A DNA stretch of 64,000 nt from Guillardia theta CCMP2712. Lineage: Eukaryota; Protista; Cryptophyta. Each line of letters opens with the position of its first letter. Position 1 is the first letter of the stretch. The position numbers were made by a program, and so were the translations under genes. Shown one piece after another: positions 59,507-64,000 of this stretch. The stretch spans positions 466,190 to 530,189 of the forward strand of contig NW_005434643.1 of assembly GCF_000315625.1 (NCBI RefSeq). Reading direction: 5' to 3'. The notes beneath the pieces were generated by a model that was not told the DNA's origin, searched no databases, and worked only from the letters and a program-made list of their open reading frames with translations.

Positions 59507-60704
59507 TGGCATATAGTATGACTGAAAGCTATCTCGACCTCGATGTAGTTGAAAATACAGCCACAAGTTGAACTACACAGCCATCACCTCTATCACAAAG
59601 TAGTTCGAGCTCTTGCCTGTTTGCTGCCATCCAGCACTCGCAGCTGAAGTTACTGTGTGATCACACGATGAAACAGCTTCATCACCTTGATTCGGCAGTG
59701 GGTGCTAGTCACGCTGTGTGCACATCCAAGACCGGTGTTCTTGGTTGATTGACAGTGGTGGCCACTGCTAAAATGCACAGCCTCGACCGCTGCTGTTCAC
59801 AGAGTCATGCGGCAACGCGCCGCCGCCGCGCCGCTAGCATCTCTACCGTAGTACATGAACTCGCCGCCGCTAGCATCTCCACATGAACTCTGGCTCACCC
59901 AGGCTTCTACTCAAACTCGCCTTCCACTCATCGAGGGCGGGCCTGGGCTCAGTGGACCCGGCCGGGGCAACCAGCGCCCGAACGGCGATCGGACGGTACC
60001 GTATGGTCCCGGTACGGATATCGAGTCGGATAAGAGACGTTGTAGGTGGCAAAGGCTGACATGAATAAGGTGGGGCAAGACTGACCATGACGGCCACATA
60101 GAGGAATGACTGCGACTGAGGCCTCTTCGTGTCAGACACCTCCAGCTCGGTGCGAATGATCACGTACCGTTGAGTCTTGCGCCTTCGATGATCGGTGGGT
60201 GGGGTAGATAGCGGAATTTTCATGTTGAGAGTTTGTGGTACAGAATGGGGGTACACCTGAGGAGATAAGGGGGGTACCATCCGGGAACGAGCGAATCTTG
60301 AAGATACGCGGTGGGTAGGGTAGAAATTCTCTGTGAAATGCGTAGTAAAAGACCAAAACCAGATTCGGTACTACTCTCTACCCCATCCACAGAAAGCTGA
60401 GGCTATTTCTGTTTTGACCTCACTCATGCTCACATATTGTTCTATTCGAGATATAGGATATAATATACATCCCTTCACCTTCGCCCTCTAAATCAAACAG
60501 ATACCACCCACCCTTCTTCCCCTCCACCTTGCCCCCTTCGTGACTTATACCCTGCCCCCAAACTCCATCTAGCTCAGACCTCCTCCACCCCTTCGACCCT
60601 CTCCACAAGCTAACGCTCTGTCAGAGCCAGCAAGCCCGAACAGCTTCTCCGTCTCTTCCCTCCCCCTCCTCTACTCCTCCTCCTCCTCCTCCTCCTCCCT
60701 TACC

Positions 60705-61076
60705 ATGTGCATCAACACCTTCGCCATCGACCGCGCCGTCTTCATCCAGACCGCCGCCGCACATGCATCAACGCCCCTCGACTTGTGCTCCCCCTCCCTT
60801 TCCGACAGCCAGACCCCGGACGAGACCCCGTCCCCTGACGTCTCAGCATCGCCCGGCGCAGAGGACGCGAGCGAGCAGCCCATCAGCAGCGACGCGACCA
60901 AGGGGCTCGAGGCAGGAAACTTGGAGGAGAAGTACGGGAAGCTGTCGTGGACGAAGCGGAGGCAGCTGAGGGCGCTGGAGCACTCGATAGGGTACATCGA
61001 GAGGCTACAGAGAGAGGCAGGGGGGAGCGTGGACGGGAGGAGGCTGCCTTGCTTGAATCGCTTGCGAAAGTTTTAG
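60705..61076 (+). CDS. Small hypothetical protein, family copy 3
   Basis: Same translation as copy 2 up to ...RRLP; 123 aa. Confidence 0.6.
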   Translation: MCINTFAIDRAVFIQTAAAHASTPLDLCSPSLSDSQTPDETPSPDVSASPGAEDASEQPISSDATKGLEAGNLEEKYGKLSWTKRRQLRALEHSIGYIERLQREAGGSVDGRRLPCLNRLRKF

Positions 61077-61471
61077 ATGTAACATAGAGCTGGTATTATA
61101 ACAATAAACTCTCACGAGCATGTTTTTTTCCGCATTGTTTGAATCCGTCTTTCTCGGCGCATGTTTGAATTGGTGCTCGAAAGGTACCTGATTTTCTCAT
61201 GCGCCGTCGATCCCTCTCTAGCGTTGTAGTTTCCCTCAAGTCATTCTGCAATATCAAACTGAGTGGTCTAGAGCAGCAGTCCCGATCTCACGTCAAGTTG
61301 CCTCGAGAGTGAAGGGGCCTCCGGTGAGAGGTGAAAGGGGTGCTATCAGCTACACTTTATATCCTTTACCGCTACCACTCGAGGACAAGACGATACGAAA
61401 GACCGTCACTGCTGCCTGCAGGAAACTAGTCGAGGCCCTGCTGCTGTGAGCTCGAGTCAACCCTCATGTCA

Positions 61472-64000
61472 TCATAGTCTGCAAGGAGAACCTGCACCGC
61501 TCCGTACTTCCAGCATATCTGTGGCTGGGTCGTACACCATGTTTTGCTGCGTTACACGTCATGTTGTGGTTGGATTAGGGTTGGAGGTCACCTGGAGTGT
61601 TTGCAGGAGGATTCCGGGAGGGAATGGAATATTCCGTGCCCTGCTGCCGGAGCGACGGCTCTGAGATGAATAAGGTCCAAGGTTTAGCGGAGCTAGCAAA
61701 CAATTTGACCTTCTGACTCAGCTCGACATGTTTCTTCAAGGTTTTCTCGTCGCTCACCTGGAGTGGGATCAGAAGGTTACCTCCGCCAAGTTTCTTGCAC
61801 GGAACTCACACAAAATTGTTCCCGTGGCGAAGAAGCATCATCATTTCTAGATGCAGTTTTCCAGTCCGTCTCCTCCTCGTCCTCGGACGAGTAGTCTTCC
61901 ATCGCGTCTCGCCCCCTCATCCTGGTGGAGAAGGCACGCGTCAGTCGCTTGCCGCCGTAGCAGAGATAGACTACTCTGATGCTATGACGCCAATCCTGCC
62001 GTTGGGCCGCCATAGACGGACCTGTTGGGACAAGAACATCAGAGCGAGCCTTGAAGAGGCCACGAAAGATGTAGGGACTCGAGAACTTAGAAGGAAGGAG
62101 GCGGGAAAAGAGTGCGAGGGTAGGGGACGACAGTAAGGCGGCAGAAGAGAAGAGGTAGGTTGCTACATGGTCTTCTATCCCACTTGTAGCTAGCAAGAAC
62201 TCATGTGGGTTGGCCTGCCATTTCTCGTTCAGAGCAGACATCGTCGTAGCTGCAGGCACCTGACAACAGTTGACAATGTCTTGATCCGCAGAGAGAATAC
62301 GCAGAAGCTTCCCTGCAAAGACTGGAATCAGAAGCCTGCTCCAACCAGTCTACCCTATCTCTTCGTTGCCCATTCCTGCCTATCTCCTTCCCCTCCCTTT
62401 GCATCGCTTCCCCTCTTCTTCTTTGTCTCTCTGCTTCTTGCTCGCTCCCTTTGCTCGCAAGTCTCTACTGCCTGCGCTCACCAGTCTTGCGATCCCATAT
62501 ATACGCTTTCCCATCGTCGCTTCCTCCAACCACAAACTGGTCGTCCTTGCCCTGCATCACTGTGTTACACAGCCGTACTTGTCAACCGAAGCTCAGCGCT
62601 ACCATGAACGTGCATTCTTTGATGTCCGTCTGAACGTTCGCGTGGCCGAGGTACCTGTGAGGGTACAGTTTTCAACGGTTAACACTGTCCAAGGAGGAGG
62701 AAGACCTCTGTCGGAACCTCTTGGGATCGCAAACTTGAGGTCGGTAGATCCCTTGCTCTCCCTTGCGCATCGATGCGCCTCTTCCGGTTGAATTCCCTTC
62801 CTCACCCTCCTTCCTGTCCTCAGCCTCACACTTCATTGCTGCATTTGAGCTGGGCGGGTAGCTCGTCAATTACCGACGATGCTTTCAAGGCTCGCATACC
62901 TGTTCTCTTCCATCTTGTCTTCGTCTGATGATTCTGCCTGCAGTAGCTCTCAGCACAGATGAAGATGGTGAGACGGGTCAACGGGGGGCAGGGGAGCAGG
63001 GGGGCAGGGGAGCAGGGGGCAGGGGACGTCTGTTACCTCCTGGTCTTGAGAGCAAACTTCCATCTCCTCGTCGTCTTCCCTTTGCACCTAAGGTTTTCAA
63101 TTCAAAGGAGCGAATGATTGCAACAGGCTCGTTAAGATGGCACAAAACGTTACACGCCACAAAATCGTCAACGCGAGACAAGAAACATGGTTGGGCCCCG
63201 TGGTGGCGCGAATGTAAGAAAGAAATGAGAGGAAGGGCTAGTTCACCTCGTAATGGTTCTCCTGGATCTTGGACTTGATGTTCTTGCGGATCTTGCTTAG
63301 TTTCTTGTTCTTGTGAAAGAGATCCGGAAACTCCGCGCACAGTTCGAATGCTTCCTGATACCTCTCCAGCTGCTGTAGACACTTGAGGCGCAGTAAGAGG
63401 TTGTCTTCCGACAGCCCCTCTTCGCTAGCCTCTACGAATTGACTGTCGAAGAGAGCAAGCAGTATGTCTGCGGTCCACTTCCTCTTCAACAGCAAGTTTC
63501 CTCGCAAGATCCTCAGCCTGCAGACCTCCGACAGCACCGAGGTCCCTTGACCGAGCATGGCGATGGCTCTACTGCAGTCATCGATGCTGTCGGATAAGCA
63601 CTCCTTCATCGCGCTGATGTCATCATGGACGGACATGAATATGGTCTTGTTCGTCTCCCTCTCCCTTTCCGTGTACGTCCGGCGATTGGAGAAGTGATAG
63701 GAGCGCTTCGGAAAGCAGCCTTGAAACTCTGCCCCAAAACTTCCAATCTCACGAGGGAACAACCCATCCACCCTGTTCGCAGCCTCGGGGTCGAGCATGT
63801 TGGAGAATCGTTGCTGCGGGTCCTCCGGCCTGTCCAGATCGAACAAGTATGCAGCGTTGGCATGAAAGTTGGCAAGAAGCTGATGACCTGAGTTGCTAAA
63901 CTTGACGTACGTCGCATGCGTGTTGAAGAGCAGCTGGTTAGGGGAGTCTTCGACCGCAAACTCCCACACACACCCGGGGGTCTCGTCAGAACGAAGTTTC
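61472..64000 (-). CDS. WDTC1: WD40/TPR protein WDTC1 (DCAF9/adipose)-like; 3' part only, 5' end outside the window
   Basis: ATYVKFSNSGHQLLANF...YLFDL; LKRKWTADILLALFD; NVQTDIKECTF; NPHEFLLATSGIE. Confidence 0.8.

Overview
Eukaryotic nuclear DNA with many short (~50-100 nt) GT-AG introns, microsatellite-filled introns and two 100-N gaps. The gene style suggests a cryptophyte-like alga, but that is inference only. Recognisable host genes are RPS15, a GBF1/GNOM-type Sec7 ARF-GEF, TIM23, a CDC7-like kinase lacking its N-lobe, WDTC1 (partial), a 7TM protein and an EF-hand/PDZ protein. The most striking region is ~31.9-43.7 kb. It holds an intronless 972-aa ORF with the full RAG1/Transib/Chapaev catalytic pattern (D456, D571, CxxC, CxLH, HxxxxxH, E888) plus LysM-like and SEC-C-like modules. 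This ORF lies tail-to-tail with an intronless ORF carrying a BAH-like chromatin-reader motif, an arrangement reminiscent of RAG1L/RAG2L. The pair lies between identical 84-bp direct repeats. A 1.5-kb inverted duplication straddles the right repeat, and beyond it is an array of six ~65-nt DNA hairpins interrupted by a ~1-kb insertion. Other unusual architectures are a WD40 propeller with inserted C2 domains and a voltage-sensor (S1-S4) domain, a UBL-UBL-bZIP factor, and a TIR-like/PAN membrane protein. All domain calls are by-eye motif recognition; no searches were run.
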